From: an uncultured Planctomycetota bacterium
Lineage (GTDB): Bacteria > Planctomycetota > Planctomycetia > Isosphaerales > Isosphaeraceae
Assembly: GCA_963845755.1 (NCBI GenBank)
Contig: CAWJTV010000011.1
Location: 1,024,001-1,088,000, forward strand
DNA length: 64,000 nt
Direction of reading: 5' to 3'
Position 1 is the first letter of the stretch; the number at the start of each line of letters is the position of its first letter. Made by a program: the position numbers and the translations under genes. The notes under the pieces are model-generated. The model did no database searches. It saw only the letters and a list, made by a program, of their open reading frames with translations, and was not told where the DNA came from. Positions 45,137 to 56,241 of the stretch are shown here, piece after piece.

Positions 45137-46706
45137 TCACGGTGCCGTGCCCACTCCGGCGACGTTGGTGACTTGCGGCTTGTCGGGCTCGGGATGCGCC
45201 ATGGCGGAGCGGGCGGCAGAGCGGGCCGTCGAACGCCACGGGCGCCCAGAAGATGCCCAGGGCGATCGTCAGGCCGACACAGACCGCCACCGAGACCCCC
45301 ACCGGCCAGCCGCCGCGGGTCCCGATCGGTTGCCGGGCCGGGCTCAGATACATCAGGACGACGATCCGCAGGTAATAGTACGCCCCGATCGCCGCGTTCA
45401 GCACGCCGGCGATCGCCAGCCACAGGAACCACGATTCCCCCATCTCCTGCGCCGCCAGCGCCGAGGTGAAGATCTCGAACTTGCCCCAGAATCCGACCAG
45501 AGGAGGAATCCCGCTGAGGCTGAGCAAACACACGGCCAGCCCGGCACCCAGCCAGGGCTGGGCCCAGCCCGCCCCGGCGAGGTCGTCCACCGATTCGACG
45601 GGCCGATCGCCGATCCGCAGGGCGATCAGTACGCCGAAGGCCCCCAGGGTCATCAGGGCGTAGGCGACCAGGTAGAAGAGGATCCCTTCGATGCCGTAAT
45701 AGAGCCTCGTGTGATGCTGGCCGTTGGCGAACGCGACGGCCACGCCGATCATCATGTAGCCGGCGTGCGCGATCGCTGAGTAGGCCAGCAGCCGCTTGAG
45801 GTCGTCCTGGACCAGGGCCATGAAGTTGCCCACGATCATCGTCGCCACCGCGATCACCGAGGAGACGAGGATCGCCTGCTCGAACAACGTCGCCGACTCG
45901 GAGAACACGGTCGCCAGCGCGCGGATCATGGCGAGGAAGCCGACCGCCTTGGGCACCCAGGACAGCAGGGCGGCGATCACGATCGGCGAACCCTGGTAGA
46001 CGTCGGGCGCGTAGAAGTGCAGCGGGACGGCGGCCACCCGGAAGCACAAACCCGCCATCACGAAAACGATCGCGATCAGGCCGAGCTGCGGAAGGGGCAC
46101 GTTGCCCACCTTGAGGAACAGGAACGACAACGCCTTCAGGTTGCTAATGCCCGTGGCCCCGTACAGGAACGTCAGGCCGTACAGGAGAAGCGCCGAGGCG
46201 AAGATGCTGAGGAAGAAGTACTTGGTCGCGGCCTCCTGGGTGCTCGGGTTCCGCTTCGAGAGATAAAGGAGCAGGTAGGTGGGCATGCTCACCAGCTCCA
46301 GCCCGACGAAGAGGAAGACCAGCTCGTTGGCCGCGGCCACGAGCATCGCCCCGGCATTCATGATCAGCAGGGCCCCGAAGAACTCGCCCGCGCGCTCATC
46401 GGAGGGTTCATCGTGCGCCAGCCCTAACACGATCAGGCCCGTCAGCAGCAGGACGATCCGCGCCCAGAATGAGAGGGTGTCGTTCAGGGCGACGGCGGCG
46501 TAGAGATCGGTCTCTTGCCGGGCCACGGCCAGGAGTGCCACCAGCGCGGCGAGCATCGCCCAGACCGCGGCGCGGCACCAACGTCGCCGCGGCTGCCGGA
46601 GGAACGGGGATGCCGTCATCAGCCCGATGCCGGTCAGCAGCAGGATGATCTCGGGGAGGAGGATCAGCGCCGTCTGTCGCGCCGACTCGTAAGCGTCGGA
46701 ACCCAT
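45137..46706 (-). CDS. nuoN: NADH-quinone oxidoreductase subunit N
   Basis: GLELVSMPTY, EAATKYFF, PLHFYAPDVYQG, KRLLAYSAIAH, GIPPLVGF; probable 3' frameshift near 45230. Confidence 0.92.
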
Positions 46707-46708
46707 CG

Positions 46709-48607
46709 TCACTGGCCTTTCTGGGATGCCTTGGCGGGCGGGGAGGTCTGGCTCTTGCCCTTGGTCTGGCCCTTGCCCTTGGTCTGGCCCTTACCTTTGG
46801 TCTGGCCCTTACCTGTGGGGCTGGCGCCGGGGCGTGGTGCCCCCTTGCCCGTGCCGCCCCGCCGCGGTTGATTCGGGATCATCTGCGATTGGCCGAGCTG
46901 CTCGCGGATGAGCTCGCGCTCGCGCTCGCGCTGGGTTTCCACGTTCTGGCTGATCAGGTGCACCGCAGGCTGGATCTGCTCGAAGATCGGCCGCGGGTAG
47001 AGACCGATCGCGACGATCAGGAACATGATCGGCGCCAGGCCGGCGATCTCATGCCAGCCGACGGGCCGGACGGCCGCATCGGGCGCCGGCTGCGCGGTTG
47101 CCGAGGCCGCCCCATGAGCATGCTCGCCCGGTTCCCGCAGCGGGCCGAAGATCACCCGACGCACCATCCAGAGCAGGTAGAACGCGCCCAGGATCATCCC
47201 GGTCGCCGCGAACACGGCCGCGAGCGGGCTGGTACCGAAGGCGCCGACCAGGATCGGGAACTCGCCCACGAACCCGTTGAGGCCCGGCACCGCCGCCGAA
47301 CCCAGGGCCGCCAGGATCAGGAAGAAGGCCAGCAGCGGCAGCCGGTTCCATAGCCCGCCCATCTCGTCCATCGATCGGGTGTGGTAGCGCTCGTAGATCA
47401 CCCCCACGCAGGCGAACAGGGCGCCGGTGGTCAGCCCATGGTTGAGCATCTGCACCACCGAGCCGTCCATTCCCGTCGGGTTCAGCGCGAACAGGCCCAG
47501 CACGATGAATCCCATGTGACTGACCGAGCTATACGCGACCAGCCGCTTGATATCGGTCTGGGCCAGTGCGGCCAGGGCCCCGTAGATGATCCCGATCACC
47601 GCCAGGGTGGCCAGCATCGGGAACAGCCAGCCGGCGGCCAGCGGCGTCATGCCCAGGTTGAACCGCAGCAGTCCGTAGCTCCCCACCTTGAGCAACACGC
47701 CGGCCAGCACGATCGACCCGGCGGTCGGCGCCTCGACGTGCGCCAGGGGCAGCCAGGTGTGGAACGGGAACATCGGGACCTTGATCGCGAACCCCGCCAG
47801 CAACAGCAGGAAGATCAGGACCTGCGGGCTGCCCCAGGACGTGGCCGTCTGCCAGGGCGCCCAGTTCAGGGCCCCGAGCCCCCGGGTCAGCTCGGGGATC
47901 GAGAAGGTCAGGACGTTGCCCCTGGAGAACTGGTAGTGCACCACCACCAGCGCGATGACGCCCAGCAGCGTCAGCAGGCTGCCGGCGAGCGTGTAGAGGA
48001 AGAACATCACCGAGGCCCGGCGCCGCTGCGGGCCGCCCCAGATCCCGATCAGGAAGAACAGCGGGATCAGCGTGAACTCGAAGAAGATGTAGAACAGGAT
48101 GACGTCCAGGCTGGCGAACAGGCCGAGCAGGCCGGTCTCCAGCGCCAGCAGGAACGCATAATGCGCGGCCACGCGCTCGGTGATCGATTCCCACGATGCG
48201 CAGATCGCCGTGATCATCAACAGCGAGGTCAGCACGAACAGCCACAGGCTGATGCCGTCGAGGCCCAGGGCGAACCGGATGTCGGGCCGGTCCGTCAGCT
48301 CGGTCGCGGGTCGGCCGTTCGACGTCGCTCCACTCGGGGTGGACTGCATCTCGCGGCGGGTCGGCGCGTCGGACGAGTTGCCCGACCAGGAGACCCCGTA
48401 TTTCCCGTCCGCTCCGACCGAAGCGAACTGGGGGTCCTCCACCTGCGGACGGAACGACGTCAGCAGGATCAGGCTGAAGGCCAGCGTTGCCAGGGCAACC
48501 CCCAGCGCGATCGTCCGCGCCCTGTGGCGGTCGGTCTGGGGCATCAGAACCAGGGCCAGGCTCCCCACAACCGGGAGGAAGACCGTGATCACCAGGAGTG
48601 TCAACAT
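46709..48607 (-). CDS. nuoM: NADH-quinone oxidoreductase subunit M
   Basis: FYIFFE, KVPMFPFHTWLPLAHVEAPT, LLKVGSYG, KRLVAYSSVSH, GFVGEF. Confidence 0.95.
   Translation of the reverse strand: MLTLLVITVFLPVVGSLALVLMPQTDRHRARTIALGVALATLAFSLILLTSFRPQVEDPQFASVGADGKYGVSWSGNSSDAPTRREMQSTPSGATSNGRPATELTDRPDIRFALGLDGISLWLFVLTSLLMITAICASWESITERVAAHYAFLLALETGLLGLFASLDVILFYIFFEFTLIPLFFLIGIWGGPQRRRASVMFFLYTLAGSLLTLLGVIALVVVHYQFSRGNVLTFSIPELTRGLGALNWAPWQTATSWGSPQVLIFLLLLAGFAIKVPMFPFHTWLPLAHVEAPTAGSIVLAGVLLKVGSYGLLRFNLGMTPLAAGWLFPMLATLAVIGIIYGALAALAQTDIKRLVAYSSVSHMGFIVLGLFALNPTGMDGSVVQMLNHGLTTGALFACVGVIYERYHTRSMDEMGGLWNRLPLLAFFLILAALGSAAVPGLNGFVGEFPILVGAFGTSPLAAVFAATGMILGAFYLLWMVRRVIFGPLREPGEHAHGAASATAQPAPDAAVRPVGWHEIAGLAPIMFLIVAIGLYPRPIFEQIQPAVHLISQNVETQRERERELIREQLGQSQMIPNQPRRGGTGKGAPRPGASPTGKGQTKGKGQTKGKGQTKGKSQTSPPAKASQKGQ
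46745..46815 (-). repeat. 18-bp tandem repeat encoding (KGKGQT)n in the NuoM tail
   Basis: TGKGQTKGKGQTKGKGQTKGKSQT. Confidence 0.8.
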
Positions 48608-48655
48608 TCATCCATCCTCATCGGACTCGCCGACTCATTTGAGGCCCTGACGAAT

Positions 48656-48693
48656 AGGGGACAGGTACCTCGAAGACTCGGAGCCAGTCCCCT
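48656..48693. repeat. Short hairpin repeat between nuoL and nuoM
   Basis: AGGGGACAGGTACC...GAGCCAGTCCCCT. Confidence 0.6.
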
Positions 48694-48698
48694 TTTTG

Positions 48699-50799
48699 TC
48701 AGGGCGCGTTAAGCAATTCCGAGCCGAGTTGCAAGAGAATCAACACGAGTAAGAGCAGCGCCACGCTCGCCGCCGAGGCGGCCGCGTAGAACTGGATCAA
48801 GCCGTTTTGGTAGAAGGACAGCACCTGGCGGCCGAACCAACGGGGAACGCGCGCCACGCCGATCACCAGGCCATCCACCAGGTACACATCCAGGAACTCG
48901 CAAATGATCGCCAGCCCGCGGATCGGCGTCACGACGGTCCACTGATAGATCTCGTCGATGTAGAACTTGTTCAGCGAGGCTTCGTACAGCGGCTTGATCC
49001 GGGCACCGAGTGAAATCGCGGCCTTCCCATTCCCGTAGAGGAAATAACTCAGCCCGATGCCAACCACGCCGGCCAGGGTGCCGATGATCGCCGTCAGCCA
49101 GGAGAAGGCGTGCTCCGCGTGGCCCAGCGACTCGAAGCCGAGGGTCTTCTCCAGATGCCCGGCGAACCACTCGGTTGCACCGCCGAAGAACGGGCCGATC
49201 AGGAAGCAGATCAAGCCGAGGAGCACGGTGCAGCCGGCCAGTGCGAGCAACGGGAAAGTCATCAGCGGAGGCGACTCGTGGCCGATCTCACCGTGATGGG
49301 CATGAGGAAGGCCGGTCAAGCCCTCGCCATGCGGTTCGTGGTCGTGGGCACCGGCCGGTTCGGCGTGGTGGGACGCGATCGCCTCCGGGTCGTCGGGACC
49401 CGGCAGCTTCTCCGGACCGAAGAAGGTCATGAAGAACGCGCGGCCGGTGTAGAACGCTGTCAGGAAGGCGGTGAAGAGCGCGACCCCGTAGATCAGGCCA
49501 TAAGGCCAACCTCCGCCGGCTTCGTGCCCGACGTCTTCGGCGCTCGAAAGCGCCAGGAGGACCTCGTCCTTGCTGAAGAAGCCGGAGAGCGGCGGGATCG
49601 CGGCCAGCGCCAGGCCGCCGACGGCGAACGTCCAGCAGGTGATCGGCATCCGGTGGCGCAGGCCGCCGAACCGCCGCATGTCGATCACGTCCCCCATCGC
49701 GTGCATCACGCTCCCCGACGCCAGGAACAGCAGCGCCTTGAAGAAGGCATGCATGAACAGGTGAAACATCGCCGCCACGACCGCGAGCTGGGCCACGCCG
49801 CCGACGCCCGCCCCCAGCGCCATGAACATGTAACCGAGCTGGCTGACCGTCGAATAGGCCATCACGCGCTTCAGGTCGTTCTGGGTCACGGCGATCGCCG
49901 CCGCGAGCAGCGCCGTCGCGCAGCCGATCGCCGCGATCAAGAGCTGTACCCCCGGGGCCATCGCGATCATCGGCGTCGAGCGCGCGATCAGGTAGACGCC
50001 GGCCGTCACCATCGTCGCGGCGTGGATCAATGCCGAGACCGGCGTGGGGCCCTCCATCGCGTCGGGGAGCCAGACGTAGAGCGGGATCTGGGCGCTCTTG
50101 GCCGTCGCGCCCCAGAACAGCAACAGCGAGATCCCGACGATCGCGCCGTGCGGCATGGCATTCAGGTTTTTCGCACTGAAGATATTATCATAGCTCAGGT
50201 CGTGGGCCGGCGCGATCGACCAGAGCCAGAAGATGGCGATCGCGAATCCGAAGTCGCCGACCCGGTTGACCAGGAACGCCTTCATCGCCGCCGCCGAGGC
50301 CGATGGCCGCGCAGTGCCAGAAGCCGACCAGAAGGTAGCTGCAAACCCCCACGCCTTCCCAGAAGACGTACGTCAGGACGTAATTGTTGGAAAGGACCAA
50401 TCCCGTCATCGAGAAGACGAACAGGCCGATCTCGGCGAAGAACCGCGTGTAGCCTTCGTCGCCGTCCATGTAGCCGGCGGCGAAGACGGCGACGAGCAGC
50501 GAGACGAACGTGACCATCGAGAGCATCATCGAGCTCAGGCCGTTAACGCGGAGCTCGATCGGGATCTGGAAATCGGTGGCCGTCAGCCAGCTCATCACGG
50601 TCCACGTCTGGTCCGGGCCGGCCGATACGAGCGTGCCCAATGAGAACAGGAACGCCAGGCCGATCCCGACCACGACCGGGACGTGGGCCGCGATCTTCAG
50701 GCGACGGGCGCCCAGGGCGATTGCCGCCCCCAGGAGCGGCAACAGTGGGATGAACCAGGCGTACCTTACGAAGAAACCGGGAAGCTCCGGGTCTGTCAT
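48699..50799 (-). CDS. nuoL: NADH-quinone oxidoreductase subunit L, frameshifted
   Basis: WEGVGVCSYLLVGFW, KAFLVNRVGD, KSAQIPLYVWLPDAMEGPTPVSALIHAATMV; frame switch near 50305. Confidence 0.95.
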
Positions 50800-50838
50800 G
50801 GCGCTGCTCTTTCCAACGGGCTGTTCGACGGCTCGATT

Positions 50839-50903
50839 GTAGGGTGCTCTGTGAGCACCGATCTGGTTGTCCGCGTTGTTCCGGTGCTCACAGAGCACCC
50901 TAC
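50839..50903. repeat. GTAG-REP doublet, family C
   Basis: GTAGGGTGCTCTGTGAGCACCG ... CGGTGCTCACAGAGCACCCTAC (perfect 22-bp arms). Confidence 0.88.
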
Positions 50904-50909
50904 GAGGGG

Positions 50910-51380
50910 TCAGCGTCGCCGCTCGATCCATGGTTCCACGGGGTGGGCCGGCTCGATGCCGGCGGGGGTCAGATGCGGATACGACTCGGGGCCGGGTACC
51001 ACCTCGAGCGGCTCGGCTTCCTCGGCGAGGTCGGTCGCGGGCGTGGGCGGCACGTTCGCCTCGCGAAGGTCTTGCCAGAGCGTGACGTCCAGCGACGACC
51101 GCCGATTATAGAGGATCACGATCAGGGCCAGTGCGATCGATGCCTCGCACGCGGCGACCGTCAGGATCATGATCGTGAAGACCTGGCCGGTCCAGTTGCC
51201 GTGATATCGGCCGAACCCGACCAGGCTCAGCGCCGTGCCCTGCAGCATCATCTCGGCCGACAGGAACATCACGATCAGGTTGCGCCGACTCAGGAAGCCG
51301 AGCATGCCCAGCACGAACAGCGCGGCTCCCACCAGCAGGTAATCTCGGAGGACATCGAGCGAGAAGATATCGGGCGGCAT
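50910..51380 (-). CDS. nuoK: NADH-quinone oxidoreductase subunit K (with C-terminal extension)
   Basis: RRNLIVMFLSAEMML, VAACEASIALAL. Confidence 0.92.
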   Translation of the reverse strand: MPPDIFSLDVLRDYLLVGAALFVLGMLGFLSRRNLIVMFLSAEMMLQGTALSLVGFGRYHGNWTGQVFTIMILTVAACEASIALALIVILYNRRSSLDVTLWQDLREANVPPTPATDLAEEAEPLEVVPGPESYPHLTPAGIEPAHPVEPWIERRR

Positions 51381-51446
51381 GGTTTTTTCTTCAAGGAGCA
51401 AGTCGCGAGGAAAGTCCGATACGAACGTGGGCCGAGGGGCGAACGT

Positions 51447-52317
51447 TCACGGGGCGACAACTTGAGCGGGGTCTGGGCCGGCAGCGCCGGGCCGTTTCGG
51501 GTTGGTGATCGCGACGGCCCCGATCAGTGCGACGAACAGGAGCGCACCGGCCAGGCCGACGGTCACCAGGTGATCGGTATACAGCGACGCACCCAATCCG
51601 GCGACGTTCGGCTTCTCCTGGCCGGGTGCGTCGAAGATCTGGGAAGTCGGGGTCAAGCTCCGATCGAGCACGGTGACGATCGGTGACGTCGTCAATTTGC
51701 TGTAGGCGGCGATCTCGTGGGAGCGGAGGAGAGACCTCTCCGCCTCGAGGTCTCTCCGATCGGGCGTCACCCCCTCACGCGGAGGAGCGGGGCGGACCGT
51801 GGAGAGGGCGACCATCAGGCTCCAGAACAGCAGGTAACAGGTGATGGTGGCGGCCTCGGGCGTCCGGGCCGCTCGATCGTAGACCGCCCGGCCTTCCATC
51901 TGGGCCAGCATGATAACGAACAGGAAGGTCACGATGATGGCGCCTGCATAGACGATAATCGTTCCGGCCGCCAGGAACGGGGCCCCGGCCAGGAGGAAGA
52001 GGCCGGCCGTCGACAACACGACCGAGGCGAACCAGAGGGCGCTATAGACCGGGTTGCGGCTGGTCACGGTCAGGAATCCCCCGGCGATCGCGGCCGCCCC
52101 GAAACCATAAAGGAACAGGGTCGGCAAGAACGGTCCCGGCGGGCTCCAGAATCCCAGGAACACCAGGAGCGCCAGGCCCACCGCGGCCAGACCCGCACCG
52201 TGCCGCCGTCTGCGGCCGGGTCAGTCCGTGACGGTGCGGCAGGATCAGGTAGGTCCCCGCGGCGCCCAGCACGACGACCAGTGTGGCGAGGATCGTGTCC
52301 GTCAGCGAGATCGGCAT
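51447..52317 (-). CDS. nuoJ: NADH-quinone oxidoreductase subunit J, frameshifted
   Basis: RNPVYSALW, IIVYAGAIIVTFLFVIML, LFVALIGAV; frame switch near 52200. Confidence 0.9.
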
Positions 52318-52336
52318 CGTCGGGCCGCTTTCCAAT

Positions 52337-52392
52337 GTAGGTCAGGCTTTCCAGCCCGACGGCGATGATTCGTCAGGGCGATGATTCGTCAG
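52337..52392. repeat. Family A half-REP followed by a 16-bp tandem duplication
   Basis: GTAGGTCAGGCTTTCCAGCCCGAC then (GGCGATGATTCGTCAG)2. Confidence 0.75.
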
Positions 52393-52973
52393 GTTTCCAG
52401 CGACGGCAGGATTCGCGTCGGGTCCGGGCCCTCGGCCGGCGGTTTCCCATAACGCATGGGCTCGGTGTTGCAGGTCGCGTCGAACACGGAGAGGAGCTTC
52501 GTCTTATCGAAGATCATCTGCTCGCGCGACAGGCCCGTCAGGTCATAGAGTCCGGTCAGCTCGATCGCCTCGACCGGACAGGCTTCCTCGCACATCCCGC
52601 AATAGATACAGCGCAGTTCGTCGATGACGAAGCTCTCCGGGTACTTCTCCCGGTCCGGCCAGGTTGGCGGGGCGGTCGTCCCGACGATGTCGATACAGTG
52701 CGCCGGGCAGGCCGTGGCGCAGAGCATGCACGCCACACACTTGACCCGACCTTCCTCGTCCTTGTTCAGCCGGTGCACGCCCCGGTAATTCGGGCTCGGC
52801 ACGTGCTGCTCCTCGGGATACTGGACGGTGATCGCCTGGTGATCGAACGCGACGCCCGCCATGTGCCGCGCCGTCACGCCCAGGCCCTGCACGATCGGCC
52901 ACAAATAGGCTTTCTCGAGCCAGTTCAACTTCGGCGGGTCCATTCGCTTCAGCTTCGGGTCGTCGAGTCGCAT
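52389..52973 (-). CDS. nuoI: NADH-quinone oxidoreductase subunit I
   Basis: TVQYPEE, CVACMLCATACP, CIYCGMCEEACP. Confidence 0.95.
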   Translation of the reverse strand: MRLDDPKLKRMDPPKLNWLEKAYLWPIVQGLGVTARHMAGVAFDHQAITVQYPEEQHVPSPNYRGVHRLNKDEEGRVKCVACMLCATACPAHCIDIVGTTAPPTWPDREKYPESFVIDELRCIYCGMCEEACPVEAIELTGLYDLTGLSREQMIFDKTKLLSVFDATCNTEPMRYGKPPAEGPDPTRILPSLET

Positions 52974-52986
52974 GGCTTTCACCCCA

Positions 52987-53095
52987 ATTCCAGATTTCCG
53001 ATTCGAGATTCCGGATTCGAGATTCCGGATTCGAGATTCCGGATTCCGGATTCCGGATTCGAGATTCCCGATTCCGGATTCCGGATTCCCGATTC
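52987..53095. repeat. (GATTCCG/GATTCGA)n heptamer tandem array
   Basis: About 15 units filling the nuoH-nuoI gap. Confidence 0.9.
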
Positions 53096-54128
53096 AGCCG
53101 CGGATGAGCTGCACGATCGCCGCGGTGGCGACCAGGTTGACGAGCGCCAGCGGAATCATCACCTTCCAGGCCAGGTTCATGAGCTGGTCATAGCGGAAGC
53201 GGGGCAAGGTCCACCGCACCCACATGATGAAGAGGATCATCAGCGTCACCTTGGCCAGCAGCACCGCGACCTTGGCGATCACGCTCAAGACACCCGTCTG
53301 GTCCTGGCTCAGGAAGAAGAAGTCCCAGCCGCCGAAGAACAGGATCACGGTCAAGAAGCTGACGGTGATCACGTGCAGATACTCGCCCAGGAAGAACATG
53401 CCGAACTTCATCGCCGAGTACTCGGTGTGGAACCCGCCGACGAGCTCCTGCTCGGACTCCGGCAGGTCGAACGGCAGCCGATTGGTCTCGGCGAACGCGC
53501 TGACCAGGAAGATCAGGAAGCCCAGCGGCGTGGCGAAGATCCCCCAGACGTGGGTCCGATCTTGCCAGTTGATGATCGCGTTCAGGTCGAGCGAGCCGGC
53601 CCAGAGTACGATGCCCAGGACCGAGAGGCCCAGCGGGATCTCGTAACTGATCAACTGCGCGCTCGAACGCAGGGCGCCGATGAACGAGTACTTGTTGTTC
53701 GACGACCAGCCCGCCAGGATCACGCCGTAGACGGCCAGACTGCCCACGGCGAACACATAGACGATCCCGATATCGACGTACGGCGCGATCTGGAAATCCA
53801 GGTACTGGTCGTGTCCGACCGGCCCGAATGGCACCACGGCGAAGCCGATCGTCGCCGCGGCAATCGCGATCATCGGGGCGAGCAGGTAGAGCGGTTTGGA
53901 CACATAGGCGGGAACCACGTCCTCCTTCAATAGCATCTTGGCCCCGTCGGCCAGGGGCTGGAGCAGGCCGAACGGGATGCCGAACTCGCGGCCCGCCCGG
54001 TTCGGACCGATCCGGTCCTGCGCGTACGCGGCAACCTTGCGCTCGACGTAGATCAAGTACGCCACGGCACCCTGAGAAATGCCGACCACGATCAGGATCT
54101 TGATCAGGATGCCGAGCACGAACAACAT
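53094..54128 (-). CDS. nuoH: NADH-quinone oxidoreductase subunit H
   Basis: ERKVAAYAQDRIGPN, GLLQPLADG, AETNRLPFDLPESEQELVGG, PRFRYDQLM. Confidence 0.97.
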   Translation of the reverse strand: MLFVLGILIKILIVVGISQGAVAYLIYVERKVAAYAQDRIGPNRAGREFGIPFGLLQPLADGAKMLLKEDVVPAYVSKPLYLLAPMIAIAAATIGFAVVPFGPVGHDQYLDFQIAPYVDIGIVYVFAVGSLAVYGVILAGWSSNNKYSFIGALRSSAQLISYEIPLGLSVLGIVLWAGSLDLNAIINWQDRTHVWGIFATPLGFLIFLVSAFAETNRLPFDLPESEQELVGGFHTEYSAMKFGMFFLGEYLHVITVSFLTVILFFGGWDFFFLSQDQTGVLSVIAKVAVLLAKVTLMILFIMWVRWTLPRFRYDQLMNLAWKVMIPLALVNLVATAAIVQLIRG

Positions 54129-54152
54129 GTTCCCTCCTCAGCTTTGTTCAGT

Positions 54153-54265
54153 GTAGGGTGGGTGAAACCCACCAAGATACGGCCCGATTCTGGTGGGTTT
54201 CACCCACCCTACGCGAAATTCCATCTGGAATTATGGTCCTCGATCCGCGGTTTCACCCACCCTAC
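54153..54265. repeat. GTAG-REP family B doublet plus a third arm
   Basis: GTAGGGTGGGTGAAACCCACC ... GGTGGGTTTCACCCACCCTAC ... GGTTTCACCCACCCTAC. Confidence 0.88.
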
Positions 54266-56014
54266 TCAACGCCACCTCGCCTCTCCTGCGGCGACGAACC
54301 AGCTATCGACGAAGCTGGGCGGGGCACTTGTCCCATCGCGACCGGTCGGCGGCTGGCCGATCACGGCCCCGAAGGGGGGCAGCTTACCGCCCTTGGCGAC
54401 GGCGAAGGCCGGCACGTTCTCGGCCAGCTCGGCCAGGACCTCGCCGGAGCCGACGGGCCCGCCGGGTCGATTGAGCAGGATCGCGAACAGGTCGAGGTCC
54501 GGCAGCGAGCCGTCGCGCGGGGGCAGGGCGGCGGCGGAGTATTGCAGCCGGTTGTCGGCGTTGACGTAGCAGCCGGCCTTCTCGGCGAACGTCGCGCCGG
54601 CCAGGACGACGTCGGCCCGTTGCGCCAGCGGCGTGACGTTCGTATCCTGAACGACCAGGAACTTCACGGCGGACCGTAGTGTTTGGCTCTGTGTCTCGTC
54701 GATCGCCGGTTCGATGGAGTCCGACACGGCATACAGGCCCTGGAATTCGCCGGCCGACGCGCGGCGAGCCAGCTCCTCGTAAGAGATCACCTTGCCTTCG
54801 AAGTGGTCCAGGATCGCCTCGACGCCGCGGCGGTTGGGGCACTTCTCGGCGTGGATCGTGAACGGACGCGGCACGACGAAGCTGGTGTCGCCGGTGCGGC
54901 CCTTGGTCTGGTCGGGGCGGAACGTCTGATCGGTCCCGCGCGTCGGGACCGGCCCCATCGCCAGCACGGTGGCCGGGCTCAGGCCCTTGAGGTAGCGGGC
55001 CAGCAGGTAGGCTTCTTCCACGGTCAGGAACGGCGAGAGCAGACCGGCGACGACCCCGCCGCGCTGGAGGATCTCTTGAAATCCCCGCTCCACCGCCTTG
55101 AGGGCCTCGTCGACCGCGACGGCCCGATGGTCGCCATCGCGCTGGACGTACATCGCCGACAGGAGGTTCGGATCGTTGGCCGCCTTGTAGCTATAACGGC
55201 CCTCGTCGCAGATCCAGTAATCGTTCACATGGGGATTCTGGCGGGGCTTGAACCGCCAGAGCGCGCCCCGGTTCTCCTCCGCGGAGATGTTGCAGCCGGT
55301 CGAGCATCGCGTACAGATCGAGTCGTGCTTCGACAGGAACCAGACCCGCTGTTTGTGCAGGAAATCCTTGTCGAGCAGGGCACCAACCGGACACAGGTTG
55401 ACGACGTTCCCGGCCAGCGGGTTGTTGACCGGATGGCCCGGGAAGATGTCGATCTCGGCATGGTTGCCGCGCCGCATGACCTCGAGCTCGCCGGTCTGGG
55501 AGATCTCCCGGGTGAATCGGACGCAGCGCGTGCACATGATGCAACGGTCCTGGTTGAGCTGGATCAGGTCCGAGACATCTTTGCGCGGGTTGACGAGGCG
55601 CTCCTCGACGAAGCGGTGGGCGGCCTGGCCGAAGTGGTAGCTGTAGTCTTGCAGGCCGCACTCGCCGGCCTGGTCGCAAACTGGGCAGTCGAGCGGATGA
55701 TTCAACAGGAGGTATTCCATGATCATCCGCTGGTGTTCCTTGACCTTCGGGCTATCGGTCACCAGCACGGTCAGGTCCTTGGCCGGCGTCTGACAGCCGG
55801 GGACCAGCTTCGGCAGCATCTTGATCTCGCCGGTCTTGGCGTCCTTGGTGCCGACCTCGATCTCGCACATCCGGCAATTGGCCACCACCGACAGTGCGGG
55901 GTGCCAGCAGTAGTACGGGACCTCGATCCCGGCGCGCTTGGCCATCTGGATGGCGTTGAGCTTCTCGCCCTCGGGGATCGTGTATTCGTTGCCATTGATC
56001 AGGATGGTGGCCAT
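54266..56014 (-). CDS. nuoG: NADH-quinone oxidoreductase subunit G (short form)
   Basis: YCWHP..CRMC, HPLDCPVCDQAGEC, CIMCTRC, CPVGAL, CTRCSTGC..CDEGR. Confidence 0.92.
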   Translation of the reverse strand: MATILINGNEYTIPEGEKLNAIQMAKRAGIEVPYYCWHPALSVVANCRMCEIEVGTKDAKTGEIKMLPKLVPGCQTPAKDLTVLVTDSPKVKEHQRMIMEYLLLNHPLDCPVCDQAGECGLQDYSYHFGQAAHRFVEERLVNPRKDVSDLIQLNQDRCIMCTRCVRFTREISQTGELEVMRRGNHAEIDIFPGHPVNNPLAGNVVNLCPVGALLDKDFLHKQRVWFLSKHDSICTRCSTGCNISAEENRGALWRFKPRQNPHVNDYWICDEGRYSYKAANDPNLLSAMYVQRDGDHRAVAVDEALKAVERGFQEILQRGGVVAGLLSPFLTVEEAYLLARYLKGLSPATVLAMGPVPTRGTDQTFRPDQTKGRTGDTSFVVPRPFTIHAEKCPNRRGVEAILDHFEGKVISYEELARRASAGEFQGLYAVSDSIEPAIDETQSQTLRSAVKFLVVQDTNVTPLAQRADVVLAGATFAEKAGCYVNADNRLQYSAAALPPRDGSLPDLDLFAILLNRPGGPVGSGEVLAELAENVPAFAVAKGGKLPPFGAVIGQPPTGRDGTSAPPSFVDSWFVAAGEARWR

Positions 56015-56097
56015 CAGCGTGTCATTTCATTTCGCGGTCAGTGTCGTTGTGAAAGATTCTTCGCCCGTTACTGCTCTGCGGGGGGTGGGTATCTTCG

Positions 56098-56232
56098 GAG
56101 ATTCGAGATTCGAGATTCGAGATTCGAGATTCCGGATTCGAGATTCGAGATTCCGGATTCAAGATTCACTACCCCAGAATCACATCGAAGACCGCCGCGA
56201 AGATGAAATCCCGAATCTCGAATCCCGAATCC
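56098..56232. repeat. GATTCGA/GATTCCG heptamer array plus inverted units
   Basis: About 10 direct units at 56098..56167 and about 4 reverse-complement units at 56205..56232. Confidence 0.85.
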
Positions 56233-56241
56233 ATCTGAGGC

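Noticed and set aside
52987..53095. Possible CRISPR array
   Set aside because: Contiguous 7-bp units with no unique spacers and no cas genes
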